Shown here: positions 26,276 to 36,620 of the stretch, one piece after another
Layout: every line of letters starts with the position of its first letter
Numbering within the stretch: the first letter of the stretch is position 1
Source of the DNA: a virus
Virus record (IMG/VR): IMGVR_UViG_3300020203_000008
Coordinates: 32,001-96,000 of that record
Length of the DNA stretch: 64,000 nt
Direction: 5' to 3' (one strand)
Made by a program: the position numbers and the translations under genes
The notes under the pieces: generated by a model
Database searches by the model: none
Told to the model about the DNA's origin: nothing
What the model saw: the letters and a program-made list of their open reading frames with translations, nothing else

Positions 26276-26920
26276 ATGTCCACTCAGAACGACATTGATC
26301 GTCTTAACAAAGAAGATGGCCTGGTTCCAGTACGTCTTCCTTCCGGTGGCTCCTTTTTCGTCCATGATCGTGAGCTGGGATATTTCAACGATCGACGTGA
26401 CCGGTACCTTAAAGACAACCACTTCGTTAATGTCTCGGACTTTCAGGATCTAGACCGTTTGATCATTGCTGAGATGCTTACTCAGCGATGGGGAATGTGG
26501 ATCTCTTCGAAGCGTGATTACTGGGGAGATCCGGTAGATGAGAACCAGTATCAGAAAGCTCTGAAGGAGCACTCGGCTGAGATCCGTCAGCTAAAGAAGG
26601 CTCTCGGTCTCGACAAAGAAACGCGAGACAAAGTAAAGGGTGAAGATTCGGTAGATGCCTACATCCGGTCTCTGCGTCAGCGAGCCAAAGAGTTCGGTGT
26701 CATGCGGAATCAGCAGGCTGCTAAGGCAATCGAGCTTATTAATGACGTGAAGGCTCGGGCTATTCTCTGGTCAAACTGCGATGAGCAGGAGAAAATCCAG
26801 CAGGGTTGTACCTCAGATCAGGTCATTCAATGGATCCTTGATGATGTGATCCCTGAATTCGATGAAATCGATACCAAGTTTAAGCAGGGAACGCAAACGT
26901 ACTGGGTTCGTGATCAGTGA
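26276..26920 (+). CDS. hypothetical protein, possible terminase small subunit
   Basis: Helical 214-aa protein two genes upstream of TerL; position only. Confidence 0.45.
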   Translation: MSTQNDIDRLNKEDGLVPVRLPSGGSFFVHDRELGYFNDRRDRYLKDNHFVNVSDFQDLDRLIIAEMLTQRWGMWISSKRDYWGDPVDENQYQKALKEHSAEIRQLKKALGLDKETRDKVKGEDSVDAYIRSLRQRAKEFGVMRNQQAAKAIELINDVKARAILWSNCDEQEKIQQGCTSDQVIQWILDDVIPEFDEIDTKFKQGTQTYWVRDQ

Positions 26921-26926
26921 GCTTAT

Positions 26927-27487
26927 ATGGCTAATGATCCGCGTCTGAGTGTTTTCTTGAGTTTGAATGCCGAGGGCCGCAAGGTCCCCTGGCAGGAACG
27001 CGTCAAGCTGATTCATGATGTTTTCCCTTCTACCACACAGATGGACTGGCGGAAGGCATTCAATGACATAGATCTATTTGGTCGAATCCTTCGTGACATC
27101 CTGAAGGTAGATCAGACTTCGCCTGGTCGTAGTGGGCCTCGTCCAGTGCTTGACCGCAAGAAGGCAACAGAACGCCTTCGCCAATTCATGGGCGCTGACT
27201 TTTCGGATGCCATATTTGCTCAGGCATTCCGAGAGCTTTGTGGAGACAAGTCTGTCCGTGGTGTTGCAGCCAAAACTGGACTTGAGAAGACGATGGTCCA
27301 GAATCTGTTAACGGGAAAGCGACAGCCTGACGTTCAAATTATGGAACAGGTTGCGGAATCTTTTAAGAAGGATCCGTCTTACTTCTTTGAATATCGTGTT
27401 GCCTACGTGCTTGCAGCTCTAGGTGACAAAATGGCTGGTGCTCCAGAGATGACAGTGGATCTCTACAAAAGATTAAGGGGATCGTAA
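26927..27487 (+). CDS. HTH DNA-binding protein
   Basis: SVRGVAAKTGLEKTMVQNLLTGKRQP (XRE-like HTH). Confidence 0.7.
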   Translation: MANDPRLSVFLSLNAEGRKVPWQERVKLIHDVFPSTTQMDWRKAFNDIDLFGRILRDILKVDQTSPGRSGPRPVLDRKKATERLRQFMGADFSDAIFAQAFRELCGDKSVRGVAAKTGLEKTMVQNLLTGKRQPDVQIMEQVAESFKKDPSYFFEYRVAYVLAALGDKMAGAPEMTVDLYKRLRGS

Positions 27488-30400
27488 TGGGCGTTATTGA
27501 GGATCTATCTGAGGAAGAAGCGTATCTTTGGGCCATTTTGCAGGATGAATCGGGTTTGGATGTGGCTGAGTTTACATGGCATGATCCTGAGCAAGATGAT
27601 GGTTGCTGGCGAGCTTGGGCTTTTCAGTGGTCATGGTTTAGGGATACCTCACCGCTACAGATAGATCAGTCGGCGAGATCAATTGGCAAGTCTTTGTCAA
27701 TTAAGCTTCGGGCTTTTGTTTTTCCCTTTATACACCCTGGACAGGAGATGGTTATTACGGCTCCAGAAGGAGTACATATTGATGCCATCACCGATATTAT
27801 TGAGACTCAACTCATCTCTACGCGCCTATCTTTAGAGATGTTGCGGGGTGGTCGGTTGTCTTTTAAACATAAACCTTTTCATGTGAACTTCCAAAATGGA
27901 TCTCGTATTATGGGAAGGATTCCTCAGCGGTCTGGAGTGGGAGTGAAGGGTGTCCACCCTATCTGGCTAGAGCTTGACGAAGCGTCCGATTATCCTTCAG
28001 ATGGCTGGACGGAATTGATGGAAACCCTAAAGCGGGGGCATAAGGGAGCTGTGTGGCGTTGTCATGGCGTTACAAGAGGTGTGAGAGATAAGCACTATTA
28101 CAGGTTTACTGCTGATCCTAATACGCAATGGCGAGTACATAGATATAGCAGTATGTGGCGTCCTACTTGGACTGATGAGGAACGTCAAGAAAAGATTATG
28201 CAATATGGGAGTAAGGATGATCCTGATTATAGAAGGAATATCTTAGGACTTCATGGCGATAGTGTTTCTCCGATTTTTGTTCTCTCTCGGCTAATGAACT
28301 GCGTCGATGACGATAAAGAGTCAGATTATAACGCAGACGAATATCAATTCTTTAAAATTAATGATTCGCTACTTGCTGAGCAGAATGTAGATATTATCCA
28401 GCTTCTGGACTTTCCGCCTTATCACTTAAGTAAGTACAATACCTTTTGGGTGGGGATGGATGTAGGTATGACTAACCATCCGTCCGAGATTTTGATTTTT
28501 GCGGAAGAATTGCTGAAGCCATCAAGTGAAGAATATAAGACTCTTAAACGTCTGGGTAAAGCGATTTCTATTGAGGGGAAACCTCGCCTCAAACTCGTAA
28601 CGAGAATCAATCTGACCCGTATTGCTACTCCTGATCAGGTGAGAGCAATGCTATGGGTCATTGACTTCTATAAGCCACGGGCGTTTTCTCTTGACAAGAT
28701 GCAGCCGGTGAGTGAACCCGTTCTGACTCCTTCGGGTTGGGTGCCAATTGGAAGTCTGTCCGAGGGTGATCTCGTTATTGGGTCGGACGGTGCAGCTACA
28801 AAGGTCGTAGGGGTATTCCCGCAGGATGATCGTCGTGTCGTTCGTGTGACTTTTTCTGATGGTTCTTCGACGCGGTGTGGGCCGGAGCATTTGTGGACTA
28901 TCAAGCTTCGTAAGCGTCGTTGTGTTGAATCAATGTCTGTAACGACGGGGCAGATGATGGAACTGGCCCGTCGTTATGGTTCTTCGAAGATTACGATTCC
29001 CTTATTGTCGGGTCCTGTGGAATACGAACAGGGGCCTGAATTACCAATCGATCCCTACGTGTTAGGTTGCTTGCTAGGTGACGGTAATCTGCGCCTCAAC
29101 GGCATCAGGTTTTCTAGTGTGGACGAGGAAATCTTAGATAATATGCGAAGCCGTCTTCCCGAGGGTTTTGAGGTGAAACATACAGATCGCTGTAACTATA
29201 TTGTGAAAGCAGATGGATGGAGGCATGAACGGAATTCTAAGGGACAGTTCTGCCATCGCAATCCAATCCTTGATGTCCTACGTGATCTTGGTTTGGCTGG
29301 TACTCATTCGTGGGATAAATTTATCCCTGAAGTATATTTGCGAGCTACACCCGATGAACGTCTTGAATTACTTCGCGGCCTGATGGACACGGACGGCTAT
29401 TGCAGTGTGCAAAATGATGGTTGCACTATTGCCATAAGGTTGTCATCAGAAACGATGATTCGTCAGATTGGTGAGTTGGTGCAATCATTGGGTGGTGTGA
29501 CTAGGTTTCGGGATTTCACTACATCTTGTAATGGTAAGGCTGGGCGGCACGGATATCAGGTTACGATGGGTCTTCCTGTGGGAGTCAATCCGTTTCGTTT
29601 GAGCAGAAAGCGAGATGCCGTTATTCCACGTAGGCGTGCAATTACTCGCCACTTGGAAGCCATTGATCCGCAACCAGATGAGCAGTCTGTTTGTATTCGG
29701 GTGGCGGCAGAAGACGAGTTGTATGTCACTCGCGACCATATCCTTACCCATAATACCGGAATTGGACTTCCTCTTTTCCAGGAGCTTCAAGATAAAAACC
29801 GTCAGGCTGGAACTGTTGTAAAGGGTTATGGTTTCTCCGAGAAGCGTCTTGTTGGGTTCGATGAATCGATTGAAGTCGAAGAGGGTATTAGTAATGATGA
29901 TCTGGCCAAAGAGGCTGGTATCATGCGTAATGTAGTTGAGTATGCTTGTGTAGATGAAGAAACTGAGTTGTTGACTAGGCGAGGATGGAAACATTATCAA
30001 GAAGTAATAGAAAACGAAGATATATACACTTTGGATTGGCATTCACAGAAAGGCGAATGGGTTCCTGTTGAGAAGATTCTTCAATATGAGGGTTCGCATC
30101 CAGTTCGCCATATACGTACTCGTTGTTTTGATGCCGTGACAACACTTAATCACCGATGGTGGACGGAACGTTATGATCCTTATTCCAAGAAGCGAATTCG
30201 AGAGTGGAGAACAACAGATACGCTGCGAGCCGCATCGTCTATTCCTTTGAGGGCAGAGCCGGGAAGTAATCCTATTGAGTCTATTTATAGTGATTCGCTT
30301 GTCGAACTAGTCGCTTGGTTCTGGACGGAAGGTCACTTCAGAAGAGGGCGTAAATCCTTCTGTGGTGCAGGGCTAGCTCAGTCTGAAGATGTCAATTCTG

Positions 30401-31191
30401 TTTATGTTAAGAGAATACGCGAATGTATCGAGGAAGTATTTGATAAAAAAGATTGGCGACAATCCTCAAGAAATGGGATGGTTGAATGGCATTTGTCTGC
30501 TGTTGCGGCACGATTTCTTAACCAATATGTAACGGCCTATGAAAAGATTGTTCGACCTGAGTTTATTGCTTCTCTTACTTTAGAACAACTCAATTTGTTT
30601 ATTGAAACTTCAATTGATGCTGATGGATGGCGTCAAGTTGATGGAGCTAAGCTGGGTCAGTCTTCTCTGGATCGTTTACGATCTTTTGAAATGGCGTGTG
30701 TATTAGCGGGTAGATCTATTCATACTTGGCAGCGATCCGATCTTACAGGATGGGTAACTACTCTGCTAGTTCGAGATAACGTTACCCCCATTTCGACTTG
30801 TAAGATTTCGAGAAATGTTGAAGTGAGAACCCTCGACTACAATTATTCTGGAATTGTTTGGTGCCCACGGTCTCGTAACAATACTTTTTTGGCTCGTCGG
30901 AATGGTTCCATCTATTACACGGGAAATACAGATAAGCTTCGATTGCTGGTGGATGAGAAGCGTCTCTGGTTACCATGGGACGAAGATCTTATTGCTGAAT
31001 ATCAAGGACAGACCTACAAGGTTGTTCGATCAGCTATGAATCAATATGGGAAGAAAGAGTTCAGTCAGGGTAAGTTCCACGCGTTAGATGCTTCTCGAAT
31101 GGCTATCTTGGGATGGGCTCAGTATCAGATTGAGGAGATGATGGGCGAGAAAAATAAGGTTGAACCGGTCCTAGAACGCTTCGGACTTTAA
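27487..31191 (+). CDS. terL: terminase large subunit with two inteins (~555 aa after splicing)
   Basis: Walker A ARSIGKS, Walker B LELDEA, nuclease GMDVG, reconstituted LDK|TGIG, C-terminal HALDA; upstream of portal. Confidence 0.9.
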   Translation: MGVIEDLSEEEAYLWAILQDESGLDVAEFTWHDPEQDDGCWRAWAFQWSWFRDTSPLQIDQSARSIGKSLSIKLRAFVFPFIHPGQEMVITAPEGVHIDAITDIIETQLISTRLSLEMLRGGRLSFKHKPFHVNFQNGSRIMGRIPQRSGVGVKGVHPIWLELDEASDYPSDGWTELMETLKRGHKGAVWRCHGVTRGVRDKHYYRFTADPNTQWRVHRYSSMWRPTWTDEERQEKIMQYGSKDDPDYRRNILGLHGDSVSPIFVLSRLMNCVDDDKESDYNADEYQFFKINDSLLAEQNVDIIQLLDFPPYHLSKYNTFWVGMDVGMTNHPSEILIFAEELLKPSSEEYKTLKRLGKAISIEGKPRLKLVTRINLTRIATPDQVRAMLWVIDFYKPRAFSLDKMQPVSEPVLTPSGWVPIGSLSEGDLVIGSDGAATKVVGVFPQDDRRVVRVTFSDGSSTRCGPEHLWTIKLRKRRCVESMSVTTGQMMELARRYGSSKITIPLLSGPVEYEQGPELPIDPYVLGCLLGDGNLRLNGIRFSSVDEEILDNMRSRLPEGFEVKHTDRCNYIVKADGWRHERNSKGQFCHRNPILDVLRDLGLAGTHSWDKFIPEVYLRATPDERLELLRGLMDTDGYCSVQNDGCTIAIRLSSETMIRQIGELVQSLGGVTRFRDFTTSCNGKAGRHGYQVTMGLPVGVNPFRLSRKRDAVIPRRRAITRHLEAIDPQPDEQSVCIRVAAEDELYVTRDHILTHNTGIGLPLFQELQDKNRQAGTVVKGYGFSEKRLVGFDESIEVEEGISNDDLAKEAGIMRNVVEYACVDEETELLTRRGWKHYQEVIENEDIYTLDWHSQKGEWVPVEKILQYEGSHPVRHIRTRCFDAVTTLNHRWWTERYDPYSKKRIREWRTTDTLRAASSIPLRAEPGSNPIESIYSDSLVELVAWFWTEGHFRRGRKSFCGAGLAQSEDVNSVYVKRIRECIEEVFDKKDWRQSSRNGMVEWHLSAVAARFLNQYVTAYEKIVRPEFIASLTLEQLNLFIETSIDADGWRQVDGAKLGQSSLDRLRSFEMACVLAGRSIHTWQRSDLTGWVTTLLVRDNVTPISTCKISRNVEVRTLDYNYSGIVWCPRSRNNTFLARRNGSIYYTGNTDKLRLLVDEKRLWLPWDEDLIAEYQGQTYKVVRSAMNQYGKKEFSQGKFHALDASRMAILGWAQYQIEEMMGEKNKVEPVLERFGL
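28699..29754 (+). mobile_element. class 3-type intein with LAGLIDADG homing endonuclease (352 aa)
   Basis: Begins MQPVSEPVLTPSGW, ends ILTHN before Thr; EHLW, SVCIRV, THN; LGCLLGDG and LRGLMDTDG. Confidence 0.88.
29947..30927 (+). mobile_element. class 1 intein with LAGLIDADG-like endonuclease (327 aa)
   Basis: Begins CVDEETELLTRRGW, TLNH block B, ends RRNGSIYYTGN before Thr; AWFWTEG and SIDADG. Confidence 0.88.
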
Positions 31192-31215
31192 CTAACCCTT
31201 AGGAAGGTCGATCAA

Positions 31216-31578
31216 GTGGAAGATGAAGTGTTTAAACTGGAATCACCTGGTAGAGAACCCATACGAATTACGAAGAACAGTTCTCTCTCCTCTGAACTTG
31301 ACGGATATCGCAAGGAGATCGACGGATATCGCAAGGAGATGTGTGAGCTTGGTGCCCGTGATCCTTCTGATGTCTTCCAGAGAATTGCTGGTTGGGCTGC
31401 ACGGGTCAGTGATATCAGGGCCACTGTTTATCGGGATGAGTCTCGTAGATCTACAGCGTTCAGAACCAGAGACATAGATCCATTTTTGGATCAGTGCGAT
31501 TTCCAGTTTAAGGTCTGGTCGAGAATTCAGGCTGTTAGAGAAATGGAGTACAAGTTGACCGGTGGAGGCCAGATTTAA
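31216..31578 (+). CDS. hypothetical protein
   Basis: 120 aa between TerL and portal; short tandem DGYRKE repeat. Confidence 0.7.
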   Translation: MEDEVFKLESPGREPIRITKNSSLSSELDGYRKEIDGYRKEMCELGARDPSDVFQRIAGWAARVSDIRATVYRDESRRSTAFRTRDIDPFLDQCDFQFKVWSRIQAVREMEYKLTGGGQI

Positions 31579-33395
31579 TGTCAGAAGCTGAAGCGAATGT
31601 TGTGATAGCGGGAGATCCTGAACTAGGAACGATCGTACTGAATAATACCGAAATTTCGGATGATGCTATTAGGGAGTCACTTGTCCAGCAACATCCTGAA
31701 GTAGCTTCCATGATTCGTTGGGGGGCTTCTACTCAGCGTCGTCCAACTAGTGGCGGTCTCTTTGAGCGTGATCGTTATGTTACTCCCTCTTCGATTTATG
31801 ATCAGATGCGAGTAGCACAAGACGCACTTGAAAATGACGATGTGTGTTCTGGTGTTCTCGAATCTACTGAAGCTCTTGCCTTTAACAAGATGAGCGTTCA
31901 GTCTTTCGAAGAAGACGAAGAAGATATTTGGAATCAGATTGCAGCAGACCTAGATCTTGATTCACGAATGCGCGAGATGTGGAGAGAACTGTTTTCCGTT
32001 TCGCAGTTCTATGCCTTTACTTGGTGGGGTACGAAAACTTATCAGGTTCGGGGACGTTCGAAAAATGGGGTAAAGAGGAAGAAGCAGTTCCTGAATCTTC
32101 GAGTACCTCTTGGCATTTCGATGCTGGATCCATTAAAAGTTGTTCCGGTTGGGAACCTTCTCTTTAACCAAGAGCAGTTGGCCTATATTGCCACGCGAGA
32201 TGAGAGTTTAAATATTGAGCCTAATCTTCCAGGCAATGTTGTTGGTGGTGGAGACGAGGTTATCAAGAATCTCTTTACCAAGGTTTATGATGCTCCTGCG
32301 AACGAACGGCGTCAACTCGCAGATCAGGGAATCGATCCGAATTACCTGTATCTATTGAATCCTGCGACCGTGTGGCGGCATACTGAGACTCGGCCACAAT
32401 ACAAGCGGTATGCCGAAGTTCGTATGAAGTCAGTGTTTGAACTTCTGGATCTTAAGCATCAGCTTCGTGAGATGGATCGTGCCCATTTGCTTGGAGCTAC
32501 CAACTTCATCGTCCTAGTCAAGAAAGGTACTAAGGAACGCCCTGCTAACCAAACGGAGATTGATAATCTTCAGGCTTCGATGAGGACGCTTGCGCGTCTT
32601 CCGGTAATTGTGGGAGACGATCGACTCAACATCGAGATCATCACACCCCAGATGGACAATACCTTGCGACCAGATCGTTATAACGGTCTTGACGCTCGTA
32701 TCACTGCTCGTCTATTCCAGATGTTCATGACGGGTAACTTCTCTGCTGGTGCTAAAGGTGATGACTCAATTAAGTTGGCTCGCGTTGTGGCACGAGGTCT
32801 AGAGTCTCGTCGCCATATGCTTATGCGTTCTATTGAGAAGAATATCTTTAAGCCCACTTACACTTTGAACGAAGAGTTTACGGATGTTCCAAGCGTTGAG
32901 TTCCATCCGAAGCAGATTGCTCTCGATTTCGATGCGGGGTTGGCAGCATTCTTCCAGGGTCTAAGGGACCGCAAGGAAATTAGTCGAGATACTTTGCTTG
33001 CCCAGGTCGATCTCTCTGAAGCTGATGAGGCCCGGAAGCGTGAACGTGAAGCCGAGAACTTCGATGACATCTTCGACACCATTAGTGCCCTCAACGATCC
33101 TGTCGAAATTGCGAAGGTTCAGGCTGAGCTTAATAAGAAGGCTACTGAGCATCAGGCTGAAATTGATATGAAGAAGGCCGATCAGGCGCAGAAGCTTCAA
33201 GTGAAGACCGCTAAGTCCGTGCCGCCACCTGCCGATAACCAGACTGGTGGCGGGGGTGCGAACCAACCACAGCCCAAGCAGGATCCTAAAGCAATTGGCC
33301 GGGCTCGTGGTGGACGAAACAACGGTGGCGGGGCTGCTCCAGGAACAGGCCAGGGGCAGGCTCCAGATCCACGTAAAAAGCCGAAGGGTAGCTAA
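31578..33395 (+). CDS. portal protein
   Basis: 605 aa, position after terminase, low-complexity C-terminal tail. Confidence 0.75.
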   Translation: MSEAEANVVIAGDPELGTIVLNNTEISDDAIRESLVQQHPEVASMIRWGASTQRRPTSGGLFERDRYVTPSSIYDQMRVAQDALENDDVCSGVLESTEALAFNKMSVQSFEEDEEDIWNQIAADLDLDSRMREMWRELFSVSQFYAFTWWGTKTYQVRGRSKNGVKRKKQFLNLRVPLGISMLDPLKVVPVGNLLFNQEQLAYIATRDESLNIEPNLPGNVVGGGDEVIKNLFTKVYDAPANERRQLADQGIDPNYLYLLNPATVWRHTETRPQYKRYAEVRMKSVFELLDLKHQLREMDRAHLLGATNFIVLVKKGTKERPANQTEIDNLQASMRTLARLPVIVGDDRLNIEIITPQMDNTLRPDRYNGLDARITARLFQMFMTGNFSAGAKGDDSIKLARVVARGLESRRHMLMRSIEKNIFKPTYTLNEEFTDVPSVEFHPKQIALDFDAGLAAFFQGLRDRKEISRDTLLAQVDLSEADEARKREREAENFDDIFDTISALNDPVEIAKVQAELNKKATEHQAEIDMKKADQAQKLQVKTAKSVPPPADNQTGGGGANQPQPKQDPKAIGRARGGRNNGGGAAPGTGQGQAPDPRKKPKGS

Positions 33396-34214
33396 ATGAG
33401 TGTTGTCGTCGTTGAGGGGCAAGACCGATTCTTCTTGGGTGCTCGGGCCACTCTGATCGAAAACGATCGAGAAGTAGCCAATGAGTGGGCAGCCAAGCAT
33501 GTTGTTTCTAATCCTGCTTATGCTTGGGTTCTGGGCAAATTTGTAGAAGCTGACCGGGCGAACAAGAACAAGCAGTATTTTCCTCTAGATGAACTTCAGA
33601 TGGCTCGCCCGAGCATCACAAATGCTCCGATGAACATTAATCATAATACTCGTCGGGTTGTCGGTTCCTTTGTGGCAACTGAGATGGTCTATCCGACCAC
33701 CGAGGAAGCTGACGAGGAGCCACTGAATCCTTATATTGAGAACCTTGGGGTCTTTTGGAAATTCTATTTTCCTGAGGAGTATAGGGAAGTTCAGCTTGCC
33801 AATGCGGAGGGTGGTTTGTTCTACTCAATGGAAGCAATTCCAGAGTCGATTTCCACAATAGGTGGATCTGACGACGAGAAGCTATACCCATATGAGGGGC
33901 GTACTAGTGAGAACTATCCAGATGAGATTAACAATCGCGAAGTAGAAGCGCTGGTATTGCACAAGCCTCACTTTACTGCCGGTGCTCTTATTCTCCCCCC
34001 GGAAAAGCCAGGTTGGTCAAGGGCTGATGCCCGTCAGATCGCCGGTCTCATGAAGGAACGTATGCATGAGGCTGAATTGGCTTATGAGGGTATTAAGAGC
34101 GCGTTCCCTCACCTAGATGCCGATGATTGGGAAGGCATGATGGCTGAACTTTTAGTCGTTGCTGGGTCAGACTCGAATTCAGATCCTGGTAGTACCGGGG
34201 AAAAGTTCAATTAA
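33396..34214 (+). CDS. capsid maturation protease (putative)
   Basis: After portal; ANKNKQYF, NINH and YSMEA resemble prohead protease H/S motifs. Confidence 0.6.
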   Translation: MSVVVVEGQDRFFLGARATLIENDREVANEWAAKHVVSNPAYAWVLGKFVEADRANKNKQYFPLDELQMARPSITNAPMNINHNTRRVVGSFVATEMVYPTTEEADEEPLNPYIENLGVFWKFYFPEEYREVQLANAEGGLFYSMEAIPESISTIGGSDDEKLYPYEGRTSENYPDEINNREVEALVLHKPHFTAGALILPPEKPGWSRADARQIAGLMKERMHEAELAYEGIKSAFPHLDADDWEGMMAELLVVAGSDSNSDPGSTGEKFN

Positions 34215-34238
34215 TCAGGCGAGATTCCGAATACATAA

Positions 34239-34940
34239 ATGATGACGCTTAAGGATCTTCACGACCGGCTATTGGATGAACGTCCATCGGGTGCTGAGCA
34301 CGCGGCTGACGAATGTCCGTTCTGTCGTGAGGTTGCGTCTGACCTAACCAACAATGGAGGTAATGGAGTGAGCGACAAGACCTTTACAGAAGATGAGGTC
34401 AAGTCTCTCGTTACCGCTGCTGTTGCTGAGGCCGTAAAGCCACTTCAGGATGAAATTGCTTCCCATAAGGAAGCTTCTACTGAGGCTGAGACCGAGGCAA
34501 AGATTGCTGCTATCCGCGAAGAGCTAGAGGCGAAGGTCGAGGAGATTCAGAAGTCTCTCGATGAAGCCACTCTCAAGGCTGAAGCAGCATCGGTAGAGCG
34601 TGACGAGCTAGTGGCCTTCCTGGATTCAGAGAAGGAAAAGGCTGAAAAGGAGGCTGAGACCGCCAAGCTTCGCGAAGAGCGGACTGCAAAGGTCGCAGAA
34701 GTTGCTTCCTTCCCAGAGGAATACGTCAAGGCAAATACTGACCGGTGGGCTTCTATGGAAGAGGACGCTTTTGTTGCTCTCCTGGAGGACTACAAGGCAG
34801 TTGCTGTTAAGCCGTCCGAGGGTGGCCTGCCTGCAAGCACGACAATGAACGCCAGTCGTGAAGAGAACAAGTCCAAGCTTTCCGTTGTTCGTGAGATCAT
34901 TGATCTCCGCAACGAGGGCATCGATACCCGAGCAGTATAA
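34239..34940 (+). CDS. scaffolding protein
   Basis: Highly E/K/A-rich coiled coil between protease and capsid genes. Confidence 0.7.
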   Translation: MMTLKDLHDRLLDERPSGAEHAADECPFCREVASDLTNNGGNGVSDKTFTEDEVKSLVTAAVAEAVKPLQDEIASHKEASTEAETEAKIAAIREELEAKVEEIQKSLDEATLKAEAASVERDELVAFLDSEKEKAEKEAETAKLREERTAKVAEVASFPEEYVKANTDRWASMEEDAFVALLEDYKAVAVKPSEGGLPASTTMNASREENKSKLSVVREIIDLRNEGIDTRAV

Positions 34941-34951
34941 GGGGGTAAGAC

Positions 34952-35527
34952 ATGGCATCCTACGGACGTAATTTCGATTTCCGAGTACCACCGTATGGCG
35001 CATCACGTAAGGGACGTTTCTTTGCTCCCCTTACTGGTGCCCGTATTCCGATCGGTGCTCCGATTGGCGCTACGACCGGTGCTGTAAGCACTGATCTACA
35101 GCTAGCTCCGATTAACCTGACTACTAGTGCAACTACTCCAGTTTCAGGTAAGCACGGAATCCTAGTCTATGAGTACGCTCCAGCAGCGTTTGCTGGTGAC
35201 GACCCGTTCATTGTTACTTATTCAGACAAGGACACTGCACCTCTCGGTGCAGCAGTTCAGCTTGTGTCTGGTAAGGACGTGAAGGTCGTATTTAAGAACA
35301 CATCTGCCCGCACATTCCTACGTCAGCGTGCATACGCTGCTCGGACCATGGTGGCAGGTATCGGAATCGCTACACCGACTATTGCAGTAGGGGATTTCCT
35401 TACTCCTGGTGTCGGTAATGATTCTGCTGGATATTGGGCCGAGGTTGGGGCTGGCGCTACTGCATGGCTAGTTGTAACCGGTATCGACAATGCTAGGGCT
35501 GAGGTTGAAGCCCAGCTTCTCTTCTAA
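34952..35527 (+). CDS. capsid decoration/minor capsid protein
   Basis: A/G/T-rich 191 aa directly upstream of major capsid gene. Confidence 0.6.
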   Translation: MASYGRNFDFRVPPYGASRKGRFFAPLTGARIPIGAPIGATTGAVSTDLQLAPINLTTSATTPVSGKHGILVYEYAPAAFAGDDPFIVTYSDKDTAPLGAAVQLVSGKDVKVVFKNTSARTFLRQRAYAARTMVAGIGIATPTIAVGDFLTPGVGNDSAGYWAEVGAGATAWLVVTGIDNARAEVEAQLLF

Positions 35528-35540
35528 GGGGGGACTGAAT

Positions 35541-36512
35541 ATGCCTATGGTAGACAAGTACGGTCGCTCCGACGACGAGCGTAAGGCTCTCCGAGAGAAG
35601 ATCGAGCAGGCTAACACCATTGCTCGTGACAACTGGGATAACCCAACATGGCGGCGTGAGATGGCAGCGGATCTAACCGCTACCATTTATCGTGGTTTCG
35701 ATCACGAGAACCTTCTTTCGCTATTCTCTGAGGTTGAGAACCTTCCTTTCGATGGACGGTCATTCGTTCGTGAGACTCGTGGCCTCCGGGCCTTTTGGGT
35801 AGCTCGCGGTGGTTACATCGAGGCAAGCTCGATCACGCAGGACGTGTTCGAGATCACTCGTGACACCATCGGGTTCCACGTAACAGAGTTCGAAGACAAG
35901 TTGATGACCAACTTCGCTGAAACTCAGGCGACTTTGGTTAATCTTGGAATTCAGCGTCTTGACGCTGAAGTTAACCTCCGGTTCCTCCGGGCGTTCCAGG
36001 CAGCTATTCCTTCTACTTCTGCTTTCTACTCCCAGGGAGCGGGGCTCAGCCTCACTACCCTTAATACCGCACTTCGTGAGGTTCGAGACGCATCTCGTTC
36101 CCGCAATGTGACGATCATCGGTCGTGCAACAATGACCGACCAGATCATGGACACCTTGGTAGCGCAGTCGCAGTATCCTGCGTTCCTGCCGGAGAGCAAT
36201 GAAACTCTCCTCAACTTGGGTGTTCTCGGTACGTACCGTGGAGCAAAGATTGTCACACTGACCAACTACTTGGACAGTGAAGACCTTCCGTTCTTCCCGG
36301 CTAACGAGCTTTACGTCATCAGTGCGGACGCTTCTAAGTTCGCCTTCTTCGGTGGTCTTATGTCGAAGGAGTTCACTGAGGACGACGCTTGGTACTGGCA
36401 TTACCTTGCACGGCGCGATTTCGGTGGTGTGGTTCACCGCCCACAGCGTGCCCGTCGCATCGTGGACACCAGCATCAGTGCGAACCTTGCACAGGATGGT
36501 TCCTTCGCGTAA
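35541..36512 (+). CDS. major capsid protein
   Basis: 323 aa, position, LGTYRGAKIV HK97-like segment, followed by a hairpin. Confidence 0.75.
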   Translation: MPMVDKYGRSDDERKALREKIEQANTIARDNWDNPTWRREMAADLTATIYRGFDHENLLSLFSEVENLPFDGRSFVRETRGLRAFWVARGGYIEASSITQDVFEITRDTIGFHVTEFEDKLMTNFAETQATLVNLGIQRLDAEVNLRFLRAFQAAIPSTSAFYSQGAGLSLTTLNTALREVRDASRSRNVTIIGRATMTDQIMDTLVAQSQYPAFLPESNETLLNLGVLGTYRGAKIVTLTNYLDSEDLPFFPANELYVISADASKFAFFGGLMSKEFTEDDAWYWHYLARRDFGGVVHRPQRARRIVDTSISANLAQDGSFA

Positions 36513-36538
36513 GGATTATCCTGGTGAGTTTATGGGTG

Positions 36539-36562
36539 GGGGGGGCTGTTTGGCCCCCCTTT
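36539..36562 (+). terminator. putative intrinsic terminator after capsid gene
   Basis: GGGGGGC-TGTTTG-GCCCCCC followed by TTT. Confidence 0.55.
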
Positions 36563-36620
36563 ACCTGTTATAATGCAAGAATTGGGTGGCTCAGGTCACA
36601 TAGGAGATTAGGAGAAATAC

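Noticed and set aside
31300-31340. 20-bp tandem repeat GACGGATATCGCAAGGAGAT as CRISPR or regulatory repeat
   Set aside because: Only two adjacent copies with a 21-nt period, in frame; a simple heptad duplication in a coding region
35760-36437. 225-aa minus-strand ORF and similar antisense ORFs across structural genes
   Set aside because: Shadows of strongly biased coding strands; no RBS or domain evidence
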